Below, in pieces: positions 20,901-29,815 of a stretch of 64,000 nucleotides of DNA (within the stretch, counting starts at the first letter, position 1; every line of letters starts with the position of its first letter). Position numbers and translations under genes: made by a program. Location: positions 1-64,000 of IMG/VR virus record IMGVR_UViG_3300031715_000002. One strand, given 5' to 3'. Origin of the DNA: a virus. The notes beneath the pieces were generated by a model that was not told where the DNA came from, made no database searches, and was given only the letters and a program-made list of their open reading frames with translations.

Positions 20901-21766
20901 ATAGGCGACGACGAGCCGGTGGTCAAGCCGGTGATGCTCAGGACCGCCGAGTCGATAGTATAGAAGTTCCCGCTGTTATCGAAGAGAACCGTATCGATCA
21001 CCGCCAACTTTCCGGAGCCAGCACCTGAAAACGTGGCATATACCCCAGGCGAGTTGAGCAGGATGTTGCCGGGGTTGGTCCACCCGCTCACGCTCGTAGC
21101 CGTTGTGAAGCTGTGCGTACCGCTAAAACCTCCGGTGAAGGGAAAGTCCTGTGGATAAGTAACAAGCTGAACGCCAATACCACTCTGTGTATCGGGAAGA
21201 ACTTCCGGATTGGCCCCCCGAACCATTGAAAGAAACTGCGGATAGGCGTACTGACCGCCAGGAACGTAATAAGCCGTGCTCAAGCTCAGGTCGGGCGGGA
21301 CATCCTCGTTGAAGGTATTTCCCAGGAGAATATTATCCGTCGTAAAAGAACCGGTGGCCGTTCCTCCGCACCCGCTAATCTGGTAATACACGGTTGTTAG
21401 CGGCTTTAGAGAACGAGAGTGGAAATAGCCGTCCAGCGCCCGCTCTGCGGCGCGCTTTCCCAGGATGAAGATTCGAGACGTGCCGTTGTTTACGGACCCG
21501 GTTCGGTTGTCCTGATTGCTCCCGCTATATAGACTCGGGTCCACATCCGCAAGCAGCGGTGATAGAGTTGGCGATTCGCTAGCCGCCACAGTACAGGTGG
21601 TATTCGCAGGAGCCGTGAAGGTGAGTTGGGCCTGCTGGGTGAGCGGCGAGACCGTTACGCTGAAACCACTGCCGGCCGCCGTAGTTCCACTTAGCATCGA
21701 CGGCGCGATCTGAGCCGAGCAGCTGAGCGCCACGAAAAATAGAGAAAATCTCAGTTGTACACCCAT
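17948..21766 (-). CDS. Large exported Cys-rich beta protein (~1270 aa)
   Basis: Likely start ATG 21766 gives MGVQLRFSLFFVALSCSA-Q; G/S/T/C-rich. Confidence 0.75.
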   Translation of the reverse strand: MGVQLRFSLFFVALSCSAQIAPSMLSGTTAAGSGFSVTVSPLTQQAQLTFTAPANTTCTVAASESPTLSPLLADVDPSLYSGSNQDNRTGSVNNGTSRIFILGKRAAERALDGYFHSRSLKPLTTVYYQISGCGGTATGSFTTDNILLGNTFNEDVPPDLSLSTAYYVPGGQYAYPQFLSMVRGANPEVLPDTQSGIGVQLVTYPQDFPFTGGFSGTHSFTTATSVSGWTNPGNILLNSPGVYATFSGAGSGKLAVIDTVLFDNSGNFYTIDSAVLSITGLTTGSSSPIIACPTVNNANCWPTNGTTKTQTANLTGSLSTVTLGTTTPILDSWTPAGSSPLLGQQQSLYGDMQQRSGNVNVDGSGNVSLVIPTQNSITNFNLNWSPGSIVTIGSSVCIITSAVTITAFTITPSACSPALTVPVSSAPYSATNFGWLIWTTDTVNTIKIQYATYSITSSLPVQWPASGSPDLFDLTQLTNSTTGHAGYLMQVPGTGFYFFDTVTGQGNALSTINYPSKAGTDGWGNGSGQACNNASTTITGSGPFKIYCTGLDNTGTEVLITFPPSSTLQPGSWNWNSGTNLTPSSINADLLSLLVNFTTGQTPSFNKTTFSTQGCGISGLQQWSNGDPLLIGDCVQSQQDTYGWVYSFDPVATTNGQAGNAGCVSALGGGPGCVMAAMSTWGGGSSTSPNRWCTLHTLFSAGQANTSTMWIAGKTLTNGGSAGQSFQTSTVSSGTIGTSPQFAPGTGGCPGGVPHGCNTLTLAAQPNGSDGFIQNIAVGDVISFQGGGSGENVQVLSTSGGSTPTISVSRGVSDSGLCTSSGGSACPSGTITLYMQCSAAVPHGSESWTWNYTTDPHGLNGGGQVATAYYIDHPTPRPSYVVGADGWSANPGEPPTGGYAALTSLTASSPTYYLSLAPLFGGIKGIPQFVEAAQDHTSGYGDSQTSANYMVDFRTGETMDTVNSPTSKTGTAIHISGNTYYYAGTTSNGDDFNGIGGSGIANSLNRKVQPTMAFCGTQPLTDISGPASGLPGTYQYCEARTTTECGGGRTQGDIVFTCPNLVPLPLGGIGLFSQNDVGFFNTGAWLNAPSQYSWANGTDPNAQYARGLGHFLTRQRFLNVNANGRVTPDGSWYLTWCIAVNGVWNAVCASRLPSFPTPDAVQRWNPVPYTINITASGGSTAARVDFGYFENGSAPTDYHCMTRLDKCQAVTATIPASPQIFSWGSESATGLFCPVSCTIQVPALSRHFLYYQVELLIGGTWMPQGLQVARIQ

Positions 21767-23649
21767 GAGCCACCCAGACAACGTACCGGGGCATGAACAC
21801 TCCCGGTTGTGCTTGGAGCAGCCAGGTAAGCCGGGCTGCTGGCGTTGGTCACCAGTCCGACCATGCGCTCCAGAACCGAACTGCAAGCTGGTAGGCCGCT
21901 GATCGTAGTGGGTGGGTTGTAAAAGTTCTCAATCCCGGCTATGGAAGTGACGTGCGAGAGGCCGGCAGAGGAAAGAGGAACGGAAATCTTCCCGTTTACA
22001 TTGACGGGAGCAGTGATGGCCATGCTGCTTACACTGCCCTGGGCGTCTACCAAATAGGGAGTGGCCGAAAATGACCCATTGTCGCTTACCCACCCATCGA
22101 CCTGAAGATTGGTTACCGGATTGATGGTCTGAAGCAAGAAAGCCCCGCTGGAACCGGCCGCGCTGGTATTCCTGTATAGCCCCACGTTCTTCACGATCAA
22201 GTTGCTTATCGTATTCTGAACGTTGACGCACGATGGTGCCAGGGGATTTGATGTAAGTTCGTTGGTGCAGTCGCTGTTCACCACGCTAATCGTGTTCCAT
22301 GAACCAACTGACTGGTATACGGGAGCTTGGACGGAGTGGGCATCGGAGACAAAGATTGGTCCGTTTGAATCGGCAGCCGTCAAGCCATTCCCGCTGGCCA
22401 TGTATACCAGGGCCTGCGTGACAACTGACCCCGCATCAACAGTGACTCCGTTGATTCTGATGTTCGTCAAAGGAAAAGCGCACGAGCCAGCACTGTTATA
22501 GCCCGCGACGGCAGAGAAGACATTCCCGACCTCTTCAGACTCAATATTCACATTGTCGATGGGGCCACAGTGACCCTCGGGGGCATTCAGCGCGATATCG
22601 GTGTCTGTGGTGGATGCCGTAGTGCCGGCCATGCCGCAGTAGTTTCTTGAGAAAAAAACGTCCTTCTCTGGACCATCCATATGGCGGCAATCTCGCCCTG
22701 ATCCACTTGGAACTGATATCCACGTCCCCGCCGTGTGAACGTTGATGTCTCGGTCGTAGAGAATACCGTATGATGGCGTGTTGAATATCCGGACGTTATC
22801 GATCCATAGGCCGTCTGTGTTGGCAATGTGGATGCCCGTGCAGTTCGCAGTGCCGTTGGAACAGCCATTGCCGGCCGCGATATTCGGCGCGTTCATGTTT
22901 ATGGAAAGATCCCGAATAACGATGTTCGACCCAGTAGCTCCTGGCGTAACCGTCGTGCTAATGGTCGCCGTTCCGCTGCAAGTGGCTGTTCCGTTGCTCG
23001 CCACAACAGTGGTGGGCGCTGACGTGAAGTTTCCGGGGAACGTGATCGTGAGCGCCGTACCGCCAGCAATCGTATTTGTGCCGGTCAGGGCTACAGTGGC
23101 TGTGGCTGGTATCCACCCAGGAGACACGTTGTTGAACGAGGTGAGCGTGCACGTCTGCGTGACGCTCCCGGTCGCCGTGATGCCGCTCGTATAAGTTCCC
23201 GACGCCAATCCTCCAGGTGGAGCCGCGTTGTTCAGATTGTTGGCGTATCCATTGGTGATCGCGCTGTCGGTTGCGCCTGCCTCCATGAAGATCCCGGCTC
23301 CTGGCGTTATGCCCTGAATGGCGCAAAATCCTCCGGTTGGGCATTGAATATGAGCGCTTAAGGCGATGCCTTGATCCAAGAGAATTACTACCGGGTTGGT
23401 CGCGCTGGCCCCAGACCAAGCCGCATTTATCAGGCCAGCATTTGCGCTCCCAGGATCTGAGCACGAGGGGTTCAGGACGTAAGGGCTAATCGTGCAGCCG
23501 CCCGTAACTCCTAGCTGAGAAGACAGGAAAGTTTTCGCGGTTGTGGAGACTTTTCCTTTGAATACAGTGTCCACGTTTACGCTAGTCTGCGGAGCAGACT
23601 GCATAGCGATTGCGAGGAACGCGATAACTAAGGCCGATTTAGTCTTCAT
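21751..23649 (-). CDS. Exported tailspike-like beta-helix protein (putative glycan-binding or depolymerase)
   Basis: Signal peptide; NIVIRDLSINMN, IDNVRIFNTPSYGI; C-terminal TISGLPAC..VTNA..PVRC..W spike-type motif. Confidence 0.7.
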   Translation of the reverse strand: MKTKSALVIAFLAIAMQSAPQTSVNVDTVFKGKVSTTAKTFLSSQLGVTGGCTISPYVLNPSCSDPGSANAGLINAAWSGASATNPVVILLDQGIALSAHIQCPTGGFCAIQGITPGAGIFMEAGATDSAITNGYANNLNNAAPPGGLASGTYTSGITATGSVTQTCTLTSFNNVSPGWIPATATVALTGTNTIAGGTALTITFPGNFTSAPTTVVASNGTATCSGTATISTTVTPGATGSNIVIRDLSINMNAPNIAAGNGCSNGTANCTGIHIANTDGLWIDNVRIFNTPSYGILYDRDINVHTAGTWISVPSGSGRDCRHMDGPEKDVFFSRNYCGMAGTTASTTDTDIALNAPEGHCGPIDNVNIESEEVGNVFSAVAGYNSAGSCAFPLTNIRINGVTVDAGSVVTQALVYMASGNGLTAADSNGPIFVSDAHSVQAPVYQSVGSWNTISVVNSDCTNELTSNPLAPSCVNVQNTISNLIVKNVGLYRNTSAAGSSGAFLLQTINPVTNLQVDGWVSDNGSFSATPYLVDAQGSVSSMAITAPVNVNGKISVPLSSAGLSHVTSIAGIENFYNPPTTISGLPACSSVLERMVGLVTNASSPAYLAAPSTTGSVHAPVRCLGGSWVYN

Positions 23650-23650
23650 A

Positions 23651-24751
23651 TTAGTGCTGCTTGAGTGCCACTACGACGCTGGTCCCGGCCGCTCCCGGAG
23701 TGGCTGGACAATTGAAAGACGGAGTACAAGCTAAATATGGATTGAAGGTCCCAGTGCTGCTAACGATCTGATCATACACCGCCTCCTTCCATTGAGACTG
23801 GGAAGTACTTGCCGTGGGTTGCCTGAAGTTCCAGGTTGACGACACGCTAGCGCAAGTCGAGCCAAAAGCCACATTTCCAGCTAGGCAGGTATTTCCGTTA
23901 CCGGAGTCGAGAGCCGATATTGCCAGGACGAGATCAGCAGCGTTGGTTGTGGTGACCCCAGACACACTCCCTAACGCGCAACCATTGGTAACTGTTTGGC
24001 ATCCATCGTTGACAACGCTCGACGCAGCGTCCACGGTCAGAATTGGACCATTCGCGTATTCAATCATCGTAACTGCAAATAAGGAAGTCCCTGTCGATGT
24101 GTTAGTCGTAGCCGTAACTGTAAATGTCCCGGTTGAACCAGAGACTATACTACCGAATAGTTGGAAATTAGCGAACCCTAAAGATTGGGTTACCAAAGAC
24201 GAGTAGGAGTTGCCTGTCTGGTTATCTGTGGGTGTCCCGAACGTTATGGCGGCTCCCGAAGTTTGATTTTGCGCGGCTGGAATTACTAGGATGGTGTCGC
24301 CTACCGTCGGCGTGGAACCGAAAGAGCAGTTTAGCGTGGCCACCCCCAAAGATCCTTGGCAGTATTGTTGCTGGACAAAGGTCGTGGCTGGACCGCTAAT
24401 AGTGTACGCTGCATTGCTGGTGTTGCTGTTCGTCTGTCCGACCTGCGTGGCGTACGCATACAGAGTCTCGGTCGTGGAGACTGAGACTGTCGTGGTGTAG
24501 GTCGTCCATCCGGCTCCGCACGTGCCAGCCGTCCCACCTTGAGACAGATTTGAAGTGGCGTAGCATCCGGTGGAGCCGCCAGGGTAGGTAATCGTGACGG
24601 TCTGCGTGCTGCTATACGACCCAGCAGGTGGAGAAAATGTCGGGGCCGCAAGTTGAACGGGAGGCTTATTAGAGCCAAAGAACCCAGAAGGCTGCGCCCA
24701 GGCAGCGACAGAAAACAGCACGCTAATTGAAATTTTTATTGAAATTTGCAT
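23651..24751 (-). CDS. Exported protein with Fn3-associated/CHB_HEX_C-like domain
   Basis: Start 24751 gives MQISIKISISVLFSVAAWA-Q; AAPTFSPPAGSYSSTQTVTI...AAYTI. Confidence 0.72.
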   Translation of the reverse strand: MQISIKISISVLFSVAAWAQPSGFFGSNKPPVQLAAPTFSPPAGSYSSTQTVTITYPGGSTGCYATSNLSQGGTAGTCGAGWTTYTTTVSVSTTETLYAYATQVGQTNSNTSNAAYTISGPATTFVQQQYCQGSLGVATLNCSFGSTPTVGDTILVIPAAQNQTSGAAITFGTPTDNQTGNSYSSLVTQSLGFANFQLFGSIVSGSTGTFTVTATTNTSTGTSLFAVTMIEYANGPILTVDAASSVVNDGCQTVTNGCALGSVSGVTTTNAADLVLAISALDSGNGNTCLAGNVAFGSTCASVSSTWNFRQPTASTSQSQWKEAVYDQIVSSTGTFNPYLACTPSFNCPATPGAAGTSVVVALKQH

Positions 24752-25394
24752 AGCACGCAGTAGCTCCGCTGTCGTATGTGAAGCTGAGGACATCTATCGC
24801 GTTGGCTCCAGCGGAAGGCGTGACGGCTCCGCCACCGCCGCCGCTTACCTTCCAGGTGCAGCCTGTTCCGAGTGTCAACCCCTCTCCGCCCGTGGAATCC
24901 TGAATTATCTTGGCCGTGTAGAACCCGCCGTTTACCAAGCCTGTCAAATTAAGAGTTCGGCTACCAGAGTGAACAGTGAAGGTCAAGGTCGCCTGCGCAT
25001 TTAGAACCGAGCCAATCGCCCACGTAACTGTCGCTCCGTCAGTGAGAGTAGTCCATGAAGAAGCAGCGAGGCCGGCCGGTGGCAAGCCTGTGACGTTTGT
25101 TAACGTGCCGCTGGAAGGCGTACCGAGCGCTCCGCCCGTAACGACCAGGGCGTTAGCGAACGTGTTGGTGGCACTGCAATGATGAGGAACGTAGCTGGCT
25201 GCGCTGTCGAACCACCAATCTTTGCCGGGCGTGCAGTTGGTGGGCGCGGTGGTCGCGGCAATCTGGTAGGCCGTCTTCTGGTTGATCTCAGCCGCAGCCG
25301 TAGTGGAATTGCTTGCCGATGTCGCCCACTGCGCGATGGCCGGCGCGATAGCGAGAAATGGACACACTGATAGGGCTATCAAAAATTTCTTCAT
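24723..25394 (-). CDS. Exported short tail-fibre-like protein
   Basis: MKKFLIALS...AIA-Q; ALGTPSSGTLTNVTGLP shaft motif; TLTDGATVTW..IIQDSTGG..ANAIDVLSF tip domain. Confidence 0.75.
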   Translation of the reverse strand: MKKFLIALSVCPFLAIAPAIAQWATSASNSTTAAAEINQKTAYQIAATTAPTNCTPGKDWWFDSAASYVPHHCSATNTFANALVVTGGALGTPSSGTLTNVTGLPPAGLAASSWTTLTDGATVTWAIGSVLNAQATLTFTVHSGSRTLNLTGLVNGGFYTAKIIQDSTGGEGLTLGTGCTWKVSGGGGGAVTPSAGANAIDVLSFTYDSGATACYANFNKNFN

Positions 25395-25402
25395 GTTTTA
25401 CC

Positions 25403-27061
25403 TCAGTTCACAATGACGCCGGTCCACTGTGCGTTCGTTAGGATTCCAGTCCATTGACCATTGGTTAGGTTGCCATGCCATGACAACCCTGCACTGCCAC
25501 CCGTTGCTCCTCCAACAACTAAGCAATTAAGTGTCTCGGATGACACATCGGTAATGTTCAAGCTGTTGGATGCAAGGTTCGCGAAAGGTACGCCGATAAC
25601 AGCCACTCCAGTGGAGTTGAAGCAAGTCACGCTGGCGGTGTAGGGACTGGCTAGGTTCAGACTATGAGTGATCGTGTATGGCGTGCCACCAGTGACGCTG
25701 ATGGAGTTGGCATTATAAGTCGTTCCTCCGCCGCTATTTCCACCGCTGCTGTTGATAGCCAGATATCCGCTTTGAGAGCCCGCGAAGGCCACTACAACGG
25801 TGAATGCTGACGACACAGTTATAGAGCTTGGCGTGATCTGGTTAGCCGGGCTGGAATTGTCGTATGCCGTAACGCTCAGAGCCGTTGTCGAGATTCCGTG
25901 TGTACTGGTCCCGTTACAGCCAGTGCCGACCGTAACTGTGACAACAGTCTGGCTGGTGAAGTTTATTTGGCAGCCCGTGCTAGTAGCGCCAGTTGACCCA
26001 GTCGGACCAGTGCTGCCAGACGGTCCCGTGGAACCCGTTACCCCCGTGATTCCGGTCGAGCCTGTCGGTCCAGTTGGACCGGTTGGTCCTGTGCTACCAG
26101 TAGCGCCTGTGCTTCCCGTCGCACCGTTAGTGCCATTCGTGCCAGCGGTTCCTGTAGCTCCCGTAGGACCAGTTGGTCCCGTTGGACCAGTGGCACCAGT
26201 TGGTCCCGTAGCTCCTCCACCGCCTCCACCTGTTTGGCAGAATACGGTTCCGTTGTACCCGAAGGCATAGGCGAAGCCCCCGACTAATGCACCCGCTGAT
26301 AGATTTGTAGCGCAGTCTGATAACTTGAGAGTCTTTGCGCCAAGGCTCGCAACGTTGAGCGTGCTCGATCCTGTATTCGTGGTCTGCGGGATGAAAACGA
26401 CAAATAGGCCGCTCAGCGTTGTGACGTTCGGAACTGGCGTCGGGCAAGTATAGGTTGTAGTGCTGCCGCTGGCATCGACGCACAGAGCGTTGTTGCCAGT
26501 GCCTGGCGTTCCCGTGGCACCAGTTGGTCCTGTTGCGCCGGTTGATCCGGAAGGACCAGCATTGCCTGTAACTCCAGTAGGACCAGTGGCACCGGTCGCT
26601 CCATTAGATCCAGCAGTTCCTGTTACTCCAGTAGGTCCCGTTGATCCGGTAGCCCCTGTTGCTCCATTGGCCCCAGTCGCACCTGCTGGCCCTGTGCCAT
26701 TTCCGTTGACCACGCACGTGATGTTAGCCGTAGATGAGAAGTTAAATACTACGCTTGTGACCGTGCTCGTGTTTCCGATAGTGTAGGCCGTGAACGGCGT
26801 AAATGGCCCGCTGCCTGTTCCGGTAAAACAGAACGTGATGATGTAGTTGAGGCTTGTGAGATTGAGCGCCGTGGTGTTGACGGCGAGTGTCGTAACTGCG
26901 GGAGTCGATTGGGCAAAGGCATTCGGCCCGCCAGCCACAGCTAAGTTGGAGTTGGGGACGCACCCGAGTTGCCCATTAGGCAGCGCGCCAAGATGGCCGT
27001 TAGCGCCGCACTGAGCAGCCAACGTGCCCGCAAACGCCAAGGCTATCAGGATTGTTTTCAT
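25403..27061 (-). CDS. Exported collagen-like (G-X-T repeat) fibre protein
   Basis: [17 protein letters not shown]; two long GAT/GPT/GST triplet tracts. Confidence 0.85.
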   Translation of the reverse strand: MKTILIALAFAGTLAAQCGANGHLGALPNGQLGCVPNSNLAVAGGPNAFAQSTPAVTTLAVNTTALNLTSLNYIITFCFTGTGSGPFTPFTAYTIGNTSTVTSVVFNFSSTANITCVVNGNGTGPAGATGANGATGATGSTGPTGVTGTAGSNGATGATGPTGVTGNAGPSGSTGATGPTGATGTPGTGNNALCVDASGSTTTYTCPTPVPNVTTLSGLFVVFIPQTTNTGSSTLNVASLGAKTLKLSDCATNLSAGALVGGFAYAFGYNGTVFCQTGGGGGGATGPTGATGPTGPTGPTGATGTAGTNGTNGATGSTGATGSTGPTGPTGPTGSTGITGVTGSTGPSGSTGPTGSTGATSTGCQINFTSQTVVTVTVGTGCNGTSTHGISTTALSVTAYDNSSPANQITPSSITVSSAFTVVVAFAGSQSGYLAINSSGGNSGGGTTYNANSISVTGGTPYTITHSLNLASPYTASVTCFNSTGVAVIGVPFANLASNSLNITDVSSETLNCLVVGGATGGSAGLSWHGNLTNGQWTGILTNAQWTGVIVN

Positions 27062-27083
27062 AATCAGAAAATTCTCAAGCTGC

Positions 27084-27440
27084 CTAGTAGTAAGTCAGGC
27101 TCGCCCGGTTGTTCCAGATGTTTGCGAATGTGGATGAGCCTACAGCCCATTGCGTTTGTGTCAGGTTCGATCCTGAGTAGGTAAACTTTTGGATGGCCCA
27201 AACCGCTTTAGTTGCATCAGGCGGTCCGCTACTCAGCGCCCATCCGATGTACAGGATGTTCGATCCACCGCCGTAATCGTAGAGTTTGCTGATGGCAAAA
27301 TCCGGGGGCGCATCGGTAGGAACGCAATCGTAGATAGCGCGGTGCGATGTGCTTTGCGCGTTGACTGTCGTCCCGGAGTTGAAACTGCCTGCCAGAAACC
27401 CAAACAGGATGCAAGCGAATGCGAGAGACTTTCGAGACAT
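27084..27440 (-). CDS. Small phage structural-type protein with signal peptide
   Basis: ...TVNA-Q; [21 protein letters not shown] motif. Confidence 0.7.
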   Translation of the reverse strand: MSRKSLAFACILFGFLAGSFNSGTTVNAQSTSHRAIYDCVPTDAPPDFAISKLYDYGGGSNILYIGWALSSGPPDATKAVWAIQKFTYSGSNLTQTQWAVGSSTFANIWNNRASLTYY

Positions 27441-28012
27441 TAGGTAGCCACTCCTTTTGCAGCGGCTAACGCTGCCTGCACTTCGTGGTCGTTGATGATT
27501 TCAAGTAGCGTGTCCGCGTAGCTCGGGGAGGTCGCGTATATCGGCGCGAAGGCGCGCACGCATTTATCGAGATTAACGTCTTGCTGGTACTGCTGCATGA
27601 TGGCAGCGTAAGGGGCGCGCGTGAACAGATTGGCGCGGTAGGCGAAACAATCGGCTAGCGTGGCGAAGGACGCGAACCAGTCCAGCACGTGGTACTTGTT
27701 TACGGCATTGCTGTGTTTGTCATACGTGGGCTTGTAAGTCTGATCAAGCGTTGCTGTGCGCCCACGGTCAAGCGCAAGAAATTGCGTTCGCTGCGCATCA
27801 GTGAAGTATTCTGTGGTCGGACAGAGTTTTTCGCTCCACTGGCCGGTGTACGCCTTGATCCCAAGCGCATTGTTCTCACCGCTCATGTAATCCAGCCAGC
27901 CGCTCTCCAGCGCTGCCTGTGCCATCACGATTACAGCGGGGCATGTGGGCACAAGCACTTCACAACGGACAGATGCTTGCGCAAGGGATTGCAGGACAGT
28001 GGGGGTTTTCAT
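27440..28012 (-). CDS. Endolysin, GH73 glucosaminidase/FlgJ-like
   Basis: AQAALESGW, NALGIKA, TTEY, YATSPSYA motifs. Confidence 0.88.
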   Translation of the reverse strand: MKTPTVLQSLAQASVRCEVLVPTCPAVIVMAQAALESGWLDYMSGENNALGIKAYTGQWSEKLCPTTEYFTDAQRTQFLALDRGRTATLDQTYKPTYDKHSNAVNKYHVLDWFASFATLADCFAYRANLFTRAPYAAIMQQYQQDVNLDKCVRAFAPIYATSPSYADTLLEIINDHEVQAALAAAKGVAT

Positions 28013-28042
28013 TTCTGCGCTATTTGTGCCACAATAGGAGAA

Positions 28043-28489
28043 ATGGCTATACCGATTTGGCTGCTTATTCTGATTGGCTATGCGATGATGAGTTGGCAAA
28101 CGGCGGCGGCTATCTTTGCAGATTGCCAGCATTTGTCTAGTCAAGAGTCTGCCGAACGCGACTACCGGCAAGACCTAGGGATTACATGGCTGTTTGCGAT
28201 TTTGCCGCCTATCTGGTTGGCAACGCCATTTGTTACTGGATTCTGGAAGCACGGCTGGAACTGGACATTCGCGCATAGGGAGCCAGAATCAGACATTGGC
28301 CGCGTACTCGCGAATGTAAGGACCGAAGCGGGCCTACCGATTTTACCAGCGTATAATGTGCCGGTAACGGTGCAATGGGTTCAGCCAGCCCCGCCCGTAT
28401 CCGACCACTCGTACACCACACTGAGCATTTACCACGGCGAAGGTTGCGCAATCTGCGGTAGGCCAAAAAAGGAGCATGTGAACCGATAA
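28043..28489 (+). CDS. Moron-like membrane protein (2 TM, C-terminal CxxC)
   Basis: AGGAG RBS before ATG 28043; opposite strand to neighbours. Confidence 0.6.
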   Translation: MAIPIWLLILIGYAMMSWQTAAAIFADCQHLSSQESAERDYRQDLGITWLFAILPPIWLATPFVTGFWKHGWNWTFAHREPESDIGRVLANVRTEAGLPILPAYNVPVTVQWVQPAPPVSDHSYTTLSIYHGEGCAICGRPKKEHVNR

Positions 28490-28856
28490 TGGCTGGCCGG
28501 CCGAAACTCAAGACTCCGTGCCCTTACCGCTGCGGTGCGTCTCCCATGGGAGCAAGAGAACTGCGAGCGCATCTGCCGAAGTGCCCGAAGAGAAAGCGCT
28601 AGGCCGCACTGTGCTTGCGCTCTCGCTCTCCCGCGTGGCCTTCTTTGGACTGCCACATCAGCACATCAACCGGAATTGTCTCTGGATTTCGCAACCGCAC
28701 ACCATCGCGCATGTAGACTTTGACCGGCCCGAACAGTTCATCATTTTGACGATCAGGCAGCGCGCAGAATGTCAGGCGGTCTTGATGCACCCGGCTATGG
28801 GCGCGCGAAGCGCCGTAGTAGTTGATGGAGAACACGGGCGGACAAAAGGATAGAAA

Positions 28857-29147
28857 CTAGATCGGTGCCGCTTCGACTTCGGGAGCAAGCGCCTTTGGCA
28901 TCGTCTCGCTAATCAGCCGCTTGATGGTGGCTACATCGGTAGGCTGCAAGTGGTCGAGATCACAAACACACACGGCATTAGGAATCGGCCAGAACCAAAT
29001 CACAGGATCGAAGCCGCGCACTTGGAGCAACTTGCGCATGTCGATAAGGCCCGCCATCAAATCAGGACGCGGTTCCTTCGGTGGGTCCACGATGATGAGA
29101 ACGTGCTTTGGCTTGCTTCCGAGGATGTGACCGTTGAAGCCGCTCAT
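28857..29147 (-). CDS. Hypothetical protein
   Basis: Coupled to upstream ORF. Confidence 0.5.
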   Translation of the reverse strand: MSGFNGHILGSKPKHVLIIVDPPKEPRPDLMAGLIDMRKLLQVRGFDPVIWFWPIPNAVCVCDLDHLQPTDVATIKRLISETMPKALAPEVEAAPI

Positions 29148-29149
29148 TA

Positions 29150-29431
29150 TTAGCTACCCGGCTTGATTGAGACAGTGACTTCCTGATATCCGCCAGCTTT
29201 TGTCTCGTAGTCGGAAAATCCCATGTGGCCGAATGCGCTCACGATGGCGGTTCTGTCTGGCCCAAAAGTGGACAGGCATTGATCTAATGCGTCTCGAATC
29301 ATTTCGACAGTCTTGCGTTCGCCGTCATCGTACAAACCAGCGGGTTTCTCTGCCAATGGTCCCTTGAATTGCTCGCTGAGGCTACCTCTTACGTCTGCTA
29401 CCTTGCCACTTGCGTTAACACTCCAACTCAT
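29150..29431 (-). CDS. Hypothetical phage protein
   Basis: MSWSVNASG start with ATGA overlap. Confidence 0.6.
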   Translation of the reverse strand: MSWSVNASGKVADVRGSLSEQFKGPLAEKPAGLYDDGERKTVEMIRDALDQCLSTFGPDRTAIVSAFGHMGFSDYETKAGGYQEVTVSIKPGS

Positions 29432-29778
29432 TTTGCAGCCCTTTCCGATTTCATTTTGTTCTCTTGCTTCGCCAACTTCTTGATGACCCTGTGCAACCGC
29501 TGCTGTGCTGCATCCGCATGGCGTACGCACTTGCGGAACTGCCGGCTGTCCTCTAAACCTGCCCACGCGGCGTCTAGCGCGGCCCGTATGCGCTCTAATT
29601 CGCCTTCAAGGCCCTTGAGGTAGGCTACGGTTGCCAGATGCCCCTGAAGCTCGGGAGGCGTAGCACCGCGGCCACGAGTGGCCTTGATCTCTTTATGCGT
29701 TTGGCCCAGGCCGTCAATCCATGCGGACACTTCCGTGGCGGTTTGCATTGGCTCCGTGGATTGGGTGCGTGCGCTCAT
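29428..29778 (-). CDS. Hypothetical coiled-coil protein
   Basis: Co-oriented and overlap-coupled. Confidence 0.55.
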   Translation of the reverse strand: MSARTQSTEPMQTATEVSAWIDGLGQTHKEIKATRGRGATPPELQGHLATVAYLKGLEGELERIRAALDAAWAGLEDSRQFRKCVRHADAAQQRLHRVIKKLAKQENKMKSERAAK

Positions 29779-29815
29779 GCTGGCACGCCTTCAGGAGAGA
29801 TCTGAAGTGTGAGAG

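Noticed and set aside
14109-21766. Lipoprotein (lipobox) reading of YAGC and ALSC leaders, or an o-spanin
   Set aside because: Poor lipobox match; both continue to SA-Q, fitting signal peptidase I like their neighbours
10885-27440. Many plus-strand V/P/A-rich ORFs, and a possible diversity-generating retroelement acting on fibres
   Set aside because: They are antisense shadows of G/T/S-rich genes; no reverse transcriptase or TR/VR pair was seen
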